Positions 8,541 to 17,280 of a stretch of DNA of 64,000 nt are shown piece by piece. The stretch is from contig CP066686.1 of NCBI GenBank assembly GCA_016432365.1, positions 355 to 64,354 on the forward strand, in the 5' to 3' direction. This stretch comes from Candidatus Woesebacteria bacterium. Lineage in GTDB: Bacteria > Patescibacteriota > Microgenomatia > UBA8517. Position 1 is the stretch's first letter. Every line of letters begins with the position of its first letter. Below the pieces are notes generated by a model. That model made no database searches, was not told where the DNA came from, and saw only the letters and a program-made list of their open reading frames with translations. Both the position numbers and the translations under genes were made by a program.

Positions 8541-8924
8541 TTACTTTGTTTTTAATTCCAAAATATCTTCAGGTCTAAAAAAACCAATTGTTTTTTCAGT
8601 TCTACTATCTAAAAATAAATAAGACCTTTCTCTTATCGCCCCTACCCGCATCGAAAGTTCGGGTGAAGACTCAAACACTATTGAATAACCATCAACACAT
8701 CCATGCCTGAAGGCAACTGTTCTAATTATAGGGAGCTCACTGGTTCCAAATTTATCCAGCACTTCCCTTTTGACCTTAAGTAACAAACCTTCCGTTGCCA
8801 AGGCCACCGTAATCGCCTCACTCACTCTTGCCAAATATTCCTTAGAATCAGGCATTTTCTGCCATGAAGAAAGGGCGTTTGTAAGTTCAAGATTTAAATG
8901 CGATTTGTTTTTGTCGCGTTCCAC
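8541..8924 (-). CDS. hypothetical protein, paralogue of 1556-1981 and 9738-10142
   Basis: ALSSWQKMP ... FFRPEDI. Confidence 0.7.
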   Translation of the reverse strand: MERDKNKSHLNLELTNALSSWQKMPDSKEYLARVSEAITVALATEGLLLKVKREVLDKFGTSELPIIRTVAFRHGCVDGYSIVFESSPELSMRVGAIRERSYLFLDSRTEKTIGFFRPEDILELKTK

Positions 8925-9037
8925 CGTTAAAGAGTGTAAAGGGGATAAGACAAATAATCAAACACCAATATCTGGTATAATCTCCCCGTTTGAACCAATT
9001 CGGGTTCAGGCACATTCACAATCGGAAGGAGGCTTGA

Positions 9038-9673
9038 GTGAAAGAAATACTCGCGTTCACGGGGATTTGGGTAGTACTGACCGTCGCAATGCTTGTCCAC
9101 GAGCTTGGACATGCCCTTGTCGCAGGCGCCCTTGGAGAAAAAGTCGAAGAAATTTCCCTGGGTTTACCAAGATTGTTTACTTTCAAACTGTTTGGGATAC
9201 CAGTCAGAGTTGGGCTACTTCCATTAATTGGAGGCACGAAACTCGACAGCCTACTCAAAATGCGTTGGCTCAAAAAAGCGGTGATTGCACTATCGGGCCC
9301 GGTTTTTAACTTTGCCTTCGCTCTGTGCTGCTACTACGCCGTCGGTGGATTTGACCAAATCGCAAGTCTTGCCGAAGACCAATTTTTGGTTATCCCAACT
9401 GTTAAGTCCTTTTTTGGCAACGAGAGTTTACCCACTCCGGGCCTCACAGCTTTGTTCGCGTCCATGACACCAAAGAATGTCATCTTCGCAATTGGAGACA
9501 TCAATCTACTGTTGGCCATTTTGAACATGCTGCCAATTCCTGTGCTTGACGGTGGCAGAATTCTGTTCGCGTTCTTGGAAGGTGTATTTGGAAAGGTTGT
9601 TAACAATATACAGGCCATTCTGATACCGATATCGTTCATCCTGCTCATACTGTGGCAAGTATTAATAAAATGA
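9038..9673 (+). CDS. site-2 protease (peptidase M50), PDZ-less
   Basis: HELGH zinc motif, GPVFN, NMLPIPVLDGG; SD AAGGAGG with GTG start. Confidence 0.92.
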   Translation: MKEILAFTGIWVVLTVAMLVHELGHALVAGALGEKVEEISLGLPRLFTFKLFGIPVRVGLLPLIGGTKLDSLLKMRWLKKAVIALSGPVFNFAFALCCYYAVGGFDQIASLAEDQFLVIPTVKSFFGNESLPTPGLTALFASMTPKNVIFAIGDINLLLAILNMLPIPVLDGGRILFAFLEGVFGKVVNNIQAILIPISFILLILWQVLIK

Positions 9674-9679
9674 AGCGTT

Positions 9680-9728
9680 GTGGGTGATCACTGGTAGCGA
9701 AATCTACTCATATCACCCACAGTTTTTA
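9680..9728 (+). terminator. intrinsic terminator
   Basis: GTGGGTGAT...ATCACCCAC-AGTTTTT. Confidence 0.7.
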
Positions 9729-9737
9729 TCACCAAAC

Positions 9738-10142
9738 TCACCTGACGATAAACGAATCGATCTCATGAGGTCTAAAAGCCGCCATCCATACACGTTCACC
9801 TTTGCGTCCCTCAAAGATTAAAAGATGGGGCTGATCCCCTACACTTCTGGCGAAAATGCGGTATTTGCCATTTTCAGTACTGGTCCTAAAACGAAAGGTG
9901 TAAAGGTCATCTTTCTTTTTTGCAAGCCTAGCAATGTCAGTTAGTTGCATTGCCCGTCTCCCTTCACTGTTTTCAAAAGTTTCTGCTTTTATATTCAAAT
10001 CTAAATTTAATCCCATTTGATTGGTTGTAGAAAACAAACTGTTTATTTTTGCCATTGCCACATTGTTTTCCGGAAAACTTTGCCAGTAAAAAAGTGATGC
10101 TCTGAAGTCCTTATTAACCGCGTTAATTCTATCTCTTTCCAT
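9738..10142 (-). CDS. hypothetical protein, paralogue of 1556-1981 and 8541-8924
   Basis: SLFYWQSFP ... AFRPHEI. Confidence 0.7.
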   Translation of the reverse strand: MERDRINAVNKDFRASLFYWQSFPENNVAMAKINSLFSTTNQMGLNLDLNIKAETFENSEGRRAMQLTDIARLAKKKDDLYTFRFRTSTENGKYRIFARSVGDQPHLLIFEGRKGERVWMAAFRPHEIDSFIVR

Positions 10143-10379
10143 CTATTTTCCTTCCGCCATTTCGTAATGATCAATGATCATTTCAATTTCATCGTCTGTC
10201 AGTAATTTTCTCAAATTTCTCTCGACCCCAATAAGTATGTCCGATCCGATGTCAACTTTATTGTGGAGAATAATTGTGTAGTAAATTCCTGCCGCAGTCC
10301 GCTTGGCCAAATTTTCGATAGATCCGCCATTGCCAAAAACGTCGGTGGCAAACTTACGAGAATTTTCAACTAGTGCCAT
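10143..10379 (-). CDS. small hypothetical protein
   Basis: 78 aa ORF abutting 9738-10142. Confidence 0.55.
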   Translation of the reverse strand: MALVENSRKFATDVFGNGGSIENLAKRTAAGIYYTIILHNKVDIGSDILIGVERNLRKLLTDDEIEMIIDHYEMAEGK

Positions 10380-10418
10380 TGTAGGTAGATTGTCCCAGGA
10401 AGTATTTCAGAAGTCAAA

Positions 10419-12230
10419 TTACCCGGCCCCACCACCTCCGCCGCCTCCACCACCACCACCGCCACCGGAAAAACCACCGGAACTTCCAACACCGCTAGCT
10501 CCGTACGAATTAAAGGATGAAGACAGGGTGGAAAATGCGCTTTCAAAATGCCCCAACCCCCCTAAATTCCCCGATGTCCCATGGCCGTAAAACGCCATAT
10601 ACATTCCGCTACCCCGCTGTGCCACTTCACTAAACTTTATTGGTAATTGAGACAGAGCCTTAACAGAAATTCCCAAAACAGTTCCATACACCAAATACTT
10701 TTCCCAAAGGATTACAGAATCGATTGCATAATTTTTTGTCACTGAATAATCCTTTAGCCATTTCTTAAACGCCAGCCAACCGGCCACCTCTTTCCCTCCC
10801 CACATGCTTTTTTTCCTCATTGAAGCAACCGAGAGAACCATAACAGAATCACACACGATAAATACCGGAATTAGCTGTGGAATTAAAATGAATCCCCCAA
10901 ACTGAAAATAAAGGTAAGTCAAAATTCCCCAACCCACAAGTTCTCCTATACCTTTCTTTTGTACATCCAAACTTTGTTGTTCATAAAATCCCAATTTCTT
11001 TAAGTCTGTTTTTGCATCTTCTTTCCAACTCATCCAAAAACTCTGAGTTTTGCTCGGGCGGGTTTTCCCAAAATTCTTAATTTCGTCAAAATTTAAACGG
11101 GTCTGACCCTCGTTAAACAAAAACTCCAACAAATCCCGTTCCATTTGGGAAACTAAATCCAAATACGATTCTTTCTTAAGAACTAAAATGTAAACGTCTT
11201 TGTTTCCCCAAAAAGATTTTTTTCGATTTTTTATGAAATCAATTGCCAGAATTTTCCTCCTCGTCAACTCGAGTATTGTTGCTACGATAGATTTTCCGGT
11301 AGCTCCACTGGAAAGCATAGTTTCCACATAGACAGGCGCCAAATCGCTTGGCGGTTCATGGAGCGTTCCCGCCAAATTAACTTTAGGCAAAGGGTCGTCT
11401 TTACCTACTTTGTACCAGCGGAGAATCCAAACCATAGTTCTCCAAATTAACAGAAAGCCAACTAGACCGATTAGACTAATTTGTCCAACTTGACTAATCC
11501 GTGTTTTGTTTTGAAACACTTTTTCCTCAGCAAGAATATTCTTTAAATCACTATCGCCTTTGCCTGAGTTAACAAAAGCCGGGTTTGTGGGAAACAGAAT
11601 TCTCACTTCAAAAAATTTATTTGCAGAAAGGTTTGAACCACTAAAACCAACTTCCTGGTTAGAAATAATATTTACTTTTCCGTTCAATGGCCCATGTCCA
11701 AAAGCCCACACGCTGTCATTTGGAACCGGGTAAGCCAAATGAACTTTTGCGGTGACAGTGCCAACACCCTTCGTCCATTTATCACCAATCAGTTGCCAAT
11801 AAAACTCAGAGATGTCCGAGTGGCTTGCGACAGCGTTTTGAATTGTATATTTGAGAGTGAAGGTTTTATTTTGATTGACTGCCGTGTAATACCACTTGAT
11901 ATAAATTTTATCCCCCTGGTCAGTAATAGAGAATGTCCCCGGTAGCGCTGTGTTATCTTCAACGTATTTATCTGTTCCTTCCGATAATTCTAAATTCTTA
12001 ATTCTTAATTCTAAATTCTTTTTAGAAATCCATTCATCCGCCCAACTAAAGCTTCCGTCAAAATTGTAGACTCTCGTTTCAGATATATCCGCCGACCCGT
12101 CTTTATTTATCTTTACATCAAAATCTGCGGACTCAATCGAATAATCTTTGGCGTGTGCAATAAGAGTAGAAGAGTAAAAGAGTGTAAGAGTAAAAGAAAT
12201 AAAAACAAAATGTAAAAAAAATTTCTTCAC
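10419..12230 (-). CDS. DUF2207-family membrane protein
   Basis: Signal peptide, EFYWQLIG, WAFGHGPL, WEKYLVYG, Gly-rich C-terminus GGFSGGGG... Confidence 0.9.
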   Translation of the reverse strand: MKKFFLHFVFISFTLTLFYSSTLIAHAKDYSIESADFDVKINKDGSADISETRVYNFDGSFSWADEWISKKNLELRIKNLELSEGTDKYVEDNTALPGTFSITDQGDKIYIKWYYTAVNQNKTFTLKYTIQNAVASHSDISEFYWQLIGDKWTKGVGTVTAKVHLAYPVPNDSVWAFGHGPLNGKVNIISNQEVGFSGSNLSANKFFEVRILFPTNPAFVNSGKGDSDLKNILAEEKVFQNKTRISQVGQISLIGLVGFLLIWRTMVWILRWYKVGKDDPLPKVNLAGTLHEPPSDLAPVYVETMLSSGATGKSIVATILELTRRKILAIDFIKNRKKSFWGNKDVYILVLKKESYLDLVSQMERDLLEFLFNEGQTRLNFDEIKNFGKTRPSKTQSFWMSWKEDAKTDLKKLGFYEQQSLDVQKKGIGELVGWGILTYLYFQFGGFILIPQLIPVFIVCDSVMVLSVASMRKKSMWGGKEVAGWLAFKKWLKDYSVTKNYAIDSVILWEKYLVYGTVLGISVKALSQLPIKFSEVAQRGSGMYMAFYGHGTSGNLGGLGHFESAFSTLSSSFNSYGASGVGSSGGFSGGGGGGGGGGGGGAG

Positions 12231-12292
12231 AATTAATTATATCTCCAATCCCACCAATCACCATAATCACCCCAATGTTATATAATTCACTA

Positions 12293-13105
12293 ATGAGAAA
12301 ACAAAATACATCCTGGCAAAAAGTTGCTCCTTGGTACAACAGAATAACCGACCAGGGCCGGGGGCATTATTACCATCAACACGTCGTTATCCCCGGTGTT
12401 TTGCGTCTTCTGGATCTTAATTCAAAAAACTTAAATCAAGAATCAAAAGTCTTAGACCTCGCTTGTGGGAACGGTGTATTGGCAAAATCACTTCCTAAAA
12501 GCGTTAAATATACAGGTATTGATATTGCCGAAGATTTGGTAAAAACTGCCAAAAATGAGGACAAAAATTACAATCACAGATATCTCGTTGGTGATGTAAC
12601 CAAACCCGAAGGACTTGCCCCTCGAAGCCTTGGCGAAGTGGGGTTCACCCATGCTACTATTATTCTCGCCCTCCAAAACATTTCCGACCCCAAATCCGTA
12701 ATAGAGAATGCCGCAAGACACTTAATTCCTTCGCCGGCCAAACCCTTGGCGGAGGCTGGTAAATTATTAATTGTCTTAAATCATCCGGCCTTTCGAATTC
12801 CCCGCCAATCTTCATGGGGAATAGATGAGGCAAGAAAGATTCAATATAGAAGAGTCGATAAATACATGTCCCCAATGGAAATACCGATTAACATGAACCC
12901 AAGCGATAAAAATAGCCAGGTGACAATGAGTTATCACTTCCCCCTAAGTGACTATTCCAAAATGCTAAAAGATGCAGGTTTTGTTATTAATTTAATTGAA
13001 GAATGGACAAGCGATAAAGAGTCCGAAGGACGCGCCCGCAGGATGGAAAATAGAAGTAGAGACGAGATCCCTCTTTTTATGACAATTCTGGCTACTAAGA
13101 AGTAG
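12293..13105 (+). CDS. class I SAM-dependent methyltransferase
   Basis: VLDLACGNG motif I, GIDIA, LNHPAF; start MRKQN behind TATAAT. Confidence 0.9.
   Translation: MRKQNTSWQKVAPWYNRITDQGRGHYYHQHVVIPGVLRLLDLNSKNLNQESKVLDLACGNGVLAKSLPKSVKYTGIDIAEDLVKTAKNEDKNYNHRYLVGDVTKPEGLAPRSLGEVGFTHATIILALQNISDPKSVIENAARHLIPSPAKPLAEAGKLLIVLNHPAFRIPRQSSWGIDEARKIQYRRVDKYMSPMEIPINMNPSDKNSQVTMSYHFPLSDYSKMLKDAGFVINLIEEWTSDKESEGRARRMENRSRDEIPLFMTILATKK
12618..12643 (+). repeat. 26-bp palindromic element in frame in the methyltransferase (PRSLGEVG)
   Basis: CCCCTCGAAGCCTTGGCGAAGTGGGG, 25/26 identical to 42948-42973. Confidence 0.85.
12734..12759 (+). repeat. second degenerate palindromic element in the methyltransferase (PAKPLAEAG)
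   Basis: CCGGCC-AAA-CCC-TT-GGC-GGA-GGCTGG, same architecture. Confidence 0.6.
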
Positions 13106-13125
13106 TCCGATGTACGATGTACGAT

Positions 13126-13524
13126 TTACGATTTACCATTCTCTATTAGTTTTGTCTGTGCGAGCTTAGAGATTGTAATAATCCTAGGGTCATTATGGTC
13201 GGCCAAAAATTCGATTGGTTCGTCGTGATCCTCAACCCATGCTGCAAGCGCCTTAGGCGATACCTCAAAAAGAACATCAACAATGGCGCTACAAACCTCT
13301 ACCGTCTGAGTCTCTGTATTTCGACTGATTCCAAGATCGTCCAAATGGGATGCAAGAAGAATCTGGCTAATGGATCTTTTTTGGGCATCCTCTGTGCCAC
13401 GCGGTGGTAAATGAGAAGTAAACTGTGAGACTCGGTCGTCCTTTCTAAAAACTTTATACCAGTGAATATAAAGTGCTCTCACTGCTTCTGAAATGGGACT
13501 TAGTGCGGTTACATTTTCCTTCAT
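13126..13524 (-). CDS. hypothetical protein
   Basis: TATAAT-7 nt-ATG, 132 aa. Confidence 0.65.
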   Translation of the reverse strand: MKENVTALSPISEAVRALYIHWYKVFRKDDRVSQFTSHLPPRGTEDAQKRSISQILLASHLDDLGISRNTETQTVEVCSAIVDVLFEVSPKALAAWVEDHDEPIEFLADHNDPRIITISKLAQTKLIENGKS

Positions 13525-13557
13525 GACTGATATTATATAGCCATCTTAAAGCAAAAT

Positions 13558-13602
13558 AAAAAGCCCATCTCTCTCTTCAAATTGAAGAAAAAAATGGGCT
13601 TT
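13558..13602 (-). terminator. intrinsic terminator
   Basis: AAAGCCCAT...ATGGGCTTT hairpin downstream of 13638-14939. Confidence 0.7.
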
Positions 13603-13637
13603 ACAGTCCTAACTACTTCTGAAGAAGCAACTGAGAC

Positions 13638-14939
13638 CTATTTGATCACGATCTTGACGGTGTCACCGCTGCGGATACTTTTCGAACAAAGAACCCGTTC
13701 GGTATCAACGCCGTTGATCTCAATTACAGCCACCTCATTCGGCCAATCCAGATTCCGAACCTTACGACCGATGACAGCGGGGGCTAGTGGAACCAGCTTG
13801 TCAGTCGCGTTGCCGCGCAGATCCGCCTGGAAAGCGTACAGGAACGAGTCCTGGCTATTGCGCCGAACGAAAACAAGACTTCCCTTGGACAGGTTGTGAT
13901 CGGAACAATCCGGTTTGCCACATCTCGGACAAATAACGTTGTCGTCAACGTCCAGATCAAGCGCAGCGCTCAAATCGTCGTCCATAAACAAACCGAGAGG
14001 TGTGTTGCCGGCAAAACCAGGGAGGGTGTACGGGCCGTCGAGAACCGCCTTGTAGACCATAACGGTCGGCATTTCGGAAAATTCGAGTCCGTCATCCACT
14101 GTTCCGCCGCGATCAGAAACCGCAACCGCCACATCACCGAGACTGAAACTGTCTTCACGGCTGATACGGAAATCGAACGTACTCTTGGGAACTTCCATAC
14201 CATTCACATAGTAGTGATTGGCATCAAAGAATCCGTTGACGATGGTTCGAACGATACTGTGGTTGACTGCAAAGTCGAACATGTGCTGATCGACAAGCTC
14301 AACGCTTCCGTCAGCAGTATCCGTGGTGTACTCGGTCCACTCACGGTTTGTTTTACCACGACTCCCAACTTTCACACCCGCGATACGCATAAGTTGCGCA
14401 ACCTGGGCGGAGGTCGGATTGCCGCGGTAGCGGAGGAGCTTCTTGCTCTTGGCCCGGCCATTGACGCGGAAAGACAGTCCCCAGACGGCTTTGTCCGAAA
14501 TGGATGTCTGAGCGTCGGCGGCTTTTGCAATCTCGGGATACATGCGATAGAGATCGGTCGGCTCCCCTTTCATGGTTTCCAGAGCCTGGACAAAATCTTC
14601 CACCTGTGGAGAGGTATCCCATTTGTCCGAAAACTCGAGACCGAAATCCCGCGAGTTGTGAGGTCGGCTGAATTCGATCTTGTTGCCACCCGCGCTAAAG
14701 GGCTGGAAAACGAAGTCCCCACCCCTGTTGAAGCGATCAGTCAAGCCGGCAAGATTCCGCTTCGAAAACTCGAACTCTTCGACGGTTCGGCCGTCATACA
14801 AAAGCGAGATGGTGATGCGGCCGGCATTTTGGCTGAGAACAATGGTCCCACGATCGATTCTCCCACTTGGCCTTGTCGCGCTCCTGGCGTAAACATTGTC
14901 AATTTGAACACGATTCGGTCCGTTGGTATTTTTGAACAT
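13638..14939 (-). CDS. hypothetical protein with tandem beta-grasp-like motifs and CxxC-x3-C-x2-H; long paralogue of 6735-7685
   Basis: SD GAAGGAGG before MFKNT; promoter TTGACT-16-TATACT (15034-15061); motifs shared with 6735-7685. Confidence 0.85.
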   Translation of the reverse strand: MFKNTNGPNRVQIDNVYARSATRPSGRIDRGTIVLSQNAGRITISLLYDGRTVEEFEFSKRNLAGLTDRFNRGGDFVFQPFSAGGNKIEFSRPHNSRDFGLEFSDKWDTSPQVEDFVQALETMKGEPTDLYRMYPEIAKAADAQTSISDKAVWGLSFRVNGRAKSKKLLRYRGNPTSAQVAQLMRIAGVKVGSRGKTNREWTEYTTDTADGSVELVDQHMFDFAVNHSIVRTIVNGFFDANHYYVNGMEVPKSTFDFRISREDSFSLGDVAVAVSDRGGTVDDGLEFSEMPTVMVYKAVLDGPYTLPGFAGNTPLGLFMDDDLSAALDLDVDDNVICPRCGKPDCSDHNLSKGSLVFVRRNSQDSFLYAFQADLRGNATDKLVPLAPAVIGRKVRNLDWPNEVAVIEINGVDTERVLCSKSIRSGDTVKIVIK

Positions 14940-15109
14940 GGCTGCCTCCTTCAAAGCAGAATTGCAAGAATCTGAATAGAAAAATAGGCTATGCTTCTTT
15001 ATCTTGTAACGAGCAAGCTCATTGAACCTGCGTAGTATACACCTTTCTAGTCAGGAGTCAACTTATAGTATTTATGAAGAGGCTTAAGAAGAGGTCAAAT
15101 TTTCTGTTT

Positions 15110-16330
15110 TCAGCCTACAAAAGTCAGGGCAATGCCTTTTTTGTCCGCCCTACCCGTTCTTCCGATTCTGTGAATATATGCCTCGTAAGATTCGGGTAAA
15201 TCATAGTTAATAACGTGGCTAACATTGGGAATATCCAGGCCTCGGGAGGCAACATCGGTTGCTATTAAAATCTGAATGTTGTTTTGTTTAAAAGAGGCCA
15301 GGGTTTTTATTCTTTGGCTTTGATTCTTATTTCCATGAATAGCATCGGACCTAAATCCACGTTTGACCAGATCGTCCGACAGCCGTTGTACTCCATGCTT
15401 AGTTCTGCCAAAAATCAGAACTTTTTCGAATTCTTTTTGAATAAGAAGTTGGTGTAACTGTTCGATTTTTTTGGCGGGGTCTCCTACTCTTATTGTCTTT
15501 TGTTCAACATTGGCAGCCGTGTCCCCTGTTTTTACAGAAACTGTTACTGGGTTATGTACAAAACTCTGCAATATTCCGCGCACAGCTTCGTCAATTGTCG
15601 CCGAGAAGAAAAGGGACAAACGTTTTGTTGGAAGAAGGGAAATCATATATTTGATGTCGTGAATGAATCCAATGTCCACCATATGATCTGCCTCGTCTAA
15701 AACTACCGCGGAAAAACGGGATAAATCTAAGTACCTGTTTTTGATCAAATCTGTAACCCTGCCTGGTGTACCTATTACAAAATTCGGGTTGCGACGTAAA
15801 CTGTCTATTTGTCTGCCCATGCTGGCTCCACCAATTAAAAGAGCTGCATAGATTCCAAGTCCGTCTGCAAAAACAAAAAGCTCATCTTTAATTTGCGATG
15901 CAAGCTCACGTGTTGGGGCCATAATGAGAACTCTAAAGTTCCTATCGGCCAACATTTTATTAACTAATGGAATCAAAAAGGCAGCAGTTTTACCCGTTCC
16001 GGTATTGGCAATTCCAATTAAATCGCGTCCTTCAAGGATTGCAGGTATAGCTTTATCTTGCACAGGAGTTGGGGTCTTGTAGCCATGCTTTAGAATGTTT
16101 GCTTTCAAACGTTCATCAATGTTAAAGTCGGCAAATGCATGAGTCGGAACATACTCTTCTTGGGTAACAGAAGTTACATTTTGAGGCAGGTTGTTAATAA
16201 CCTGGGAAGGATCGAATGTCTTGATTCTCCTAACCCCACGGGAAGATGCGCCACCACGGCTGGCTAAATTTCCACGAAGAAATCCCCTCTGCGGGCCTCT
16301 ACGATTTGGCTTAAATCTATTGTTATACAT
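15110..16330 (-). CDS. DEAD-box ATP-dependent RNA helicase (RhlE-like)
   Basis: Q motif, ANTGTGKT, PTRELA, DEAD, SAT, HRIGRTGR. Confidence 0.97.
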   Translation of the reverse strand: MYNNRFKPNRRGPQRGFLRGNLASRGGASSRGVRRIKTFDPSQVINNLPQNVTSVTQEEYVPTHAFADFNIDERLKANILKHGYKTPTPVQDKAIPAILEGRDLIGIANTGTGKTAAFLIPLVNKMLADRNFRVLIMAPTRELASQIKDELFVFADGLGIYAALLIGGASMGRQIDSLRRNPNFVIGTPGRVTDLIKNRYLDLSRFSAVVLDEADHMVDIGFIHDIKYMISLLPTKRLSLFFSATIDEAVRGILQSFVHNPVTVSVKTGDTAANVEQKTIRVGDPAKKIEQLHQLLIQKEFEKVLIFGRTKHGVQRLSDDLVKRGFRSDAIHGNKNQSQRIKTLASFKQNNIQILIATDVASRGLDIPNVSHVINYDLPESYEAYIHRIGRTGRADKKGIALTFVG

Positions 16331-16499
16331 GGGTAAAGGGAACAGAACTGCTTAAAGAAAAATTACATTTGGGCCTAGTGAAGAAAAAGATACAAATAAT
16401 ATATAAAAATACTTGGGGTACCTATTTTCTTAAAAACTAAACTTTAAATATTAACTAAATTTAAGCAGATCTATTACCTCTGACCTGCTAACAATGTGA

Positions 16500-16528
16500 A
16501 GTATACCACACCCAACCTGGGATGTCAA
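16500..16528 (-). promoter_or_regulatory. sigma70 promoter of the DEAD-box helicase (long 5' UTR)
   Basis: TTGACA-17-TATACT. Confidence 0.75.
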
Positions 16529-16551
16529 GTACTACAGGGTATTACCTCGAT

Positions 16552-16725
16552 TCAGGCCAACGCCTTGATGATTGCTTCCCTTATATTTTTGCCTCCAAAC
16601 CAGCCTTTTAGGTATACCGTAGCATGCTTATTCCTATTCCAGTCATGAAGATAATACTTATCTATCCTGCCGCCTTTTTCTATAAGGATCTCAACTAGCC
16701 GTGCAAACGAAAGTGAATTGTTGAT
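16552..16725 (-). CDS. putative 57-aa small protein with non-canonical ATC start (or start-codon-decayed gene)
   Basis: TATAAT-5 nt-ATC then open frame INNSLSFARLVEILIEKGG...AIIKALA; in-frame TAA two codons upstream. Confidence 0.45.
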   Translation of the reverse strand: MNNSLSFARLVEILIEKGGRIDKYYLHDWNRNKHATVYLKGWFGGKNIREAIIKALA

Positions 16726-16769
16726 TTCTTATTATACCACAAAACAAGACCCAGAAGTTTATTGGCCAA

Positions 16770-17246
16770 CTACTGAAACACTATTTTTGCCAACTTTGCA
16801 TAAGTTGCGGCGATATCCAGTACGTGCGCGCTTACCATGTTTGTGTGAAGCCTCAACATGGCTATTGCTTTCCAGTCACTCAAACGTTTTAACTCAAAAT
16901 ACAAAGGATCGGATATTGAAACCCTGGACATGTATTTGAGTAATTCTTTTTCGTCTTTTGGTTCTTCAAGATCTTTTACCATTTGCGGATGCGCTTCCCT
17001 AAACGCCTCATAATCTTCGTGAGCCTTTAGGTATCTCGGAAACTCGGGGTCGTTTAATGCATCCTCAATACCTTCCCTCAGATTTTTATGATCAAAATAA
17101 TCCTCAGGATCGTGATTAATCAAATAATTTGCTGACACCTCCTTTACCGCAGCTGTCACTTTGTCCTTATCCAGTTCCCAATCCTGAAGTCGTGGTTCAG
17201 AATAAACAACAACACCCGACTCCGAACTGTTATTACGATCTGTCAT
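16770..17246 (-). CDS. hypothetical protein
   Basis: TATAAT-6 nt-ATG, 158 aa. Confidence 0.7.
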   Translation of the reverse strand: MTDRNNSSESGVVVYSEPRLQDWELDKDKVTAAVKEVSANYLINHDPEDYFDHKNLREGIEDALNDPEFPRYLKAHEDYEAFREAHPQMVKDLEEPKDEKELLKYMSRVSISDPLYFELKRLSDWKAIAMLRLHTNMVSAHVLDIAATYAKLAKIVFQ

Positions 17247-17280
17247 GCATAGATTATATCAAACGCATTTCCAAATTCTT

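Noticed and set aside
10422-10480. CCA/CCG trinucleotide run and poly-Pro + strand ORF
   Set aside because: Encodes the normal Gly-rich tail of DUF2207 proteins on the minus strand
13896-14975. 359-aa + strand ORF
   Set aside because: Antisense shadow of 13638-14939; the minus protein has a paralogue, SD, promoter and terminator
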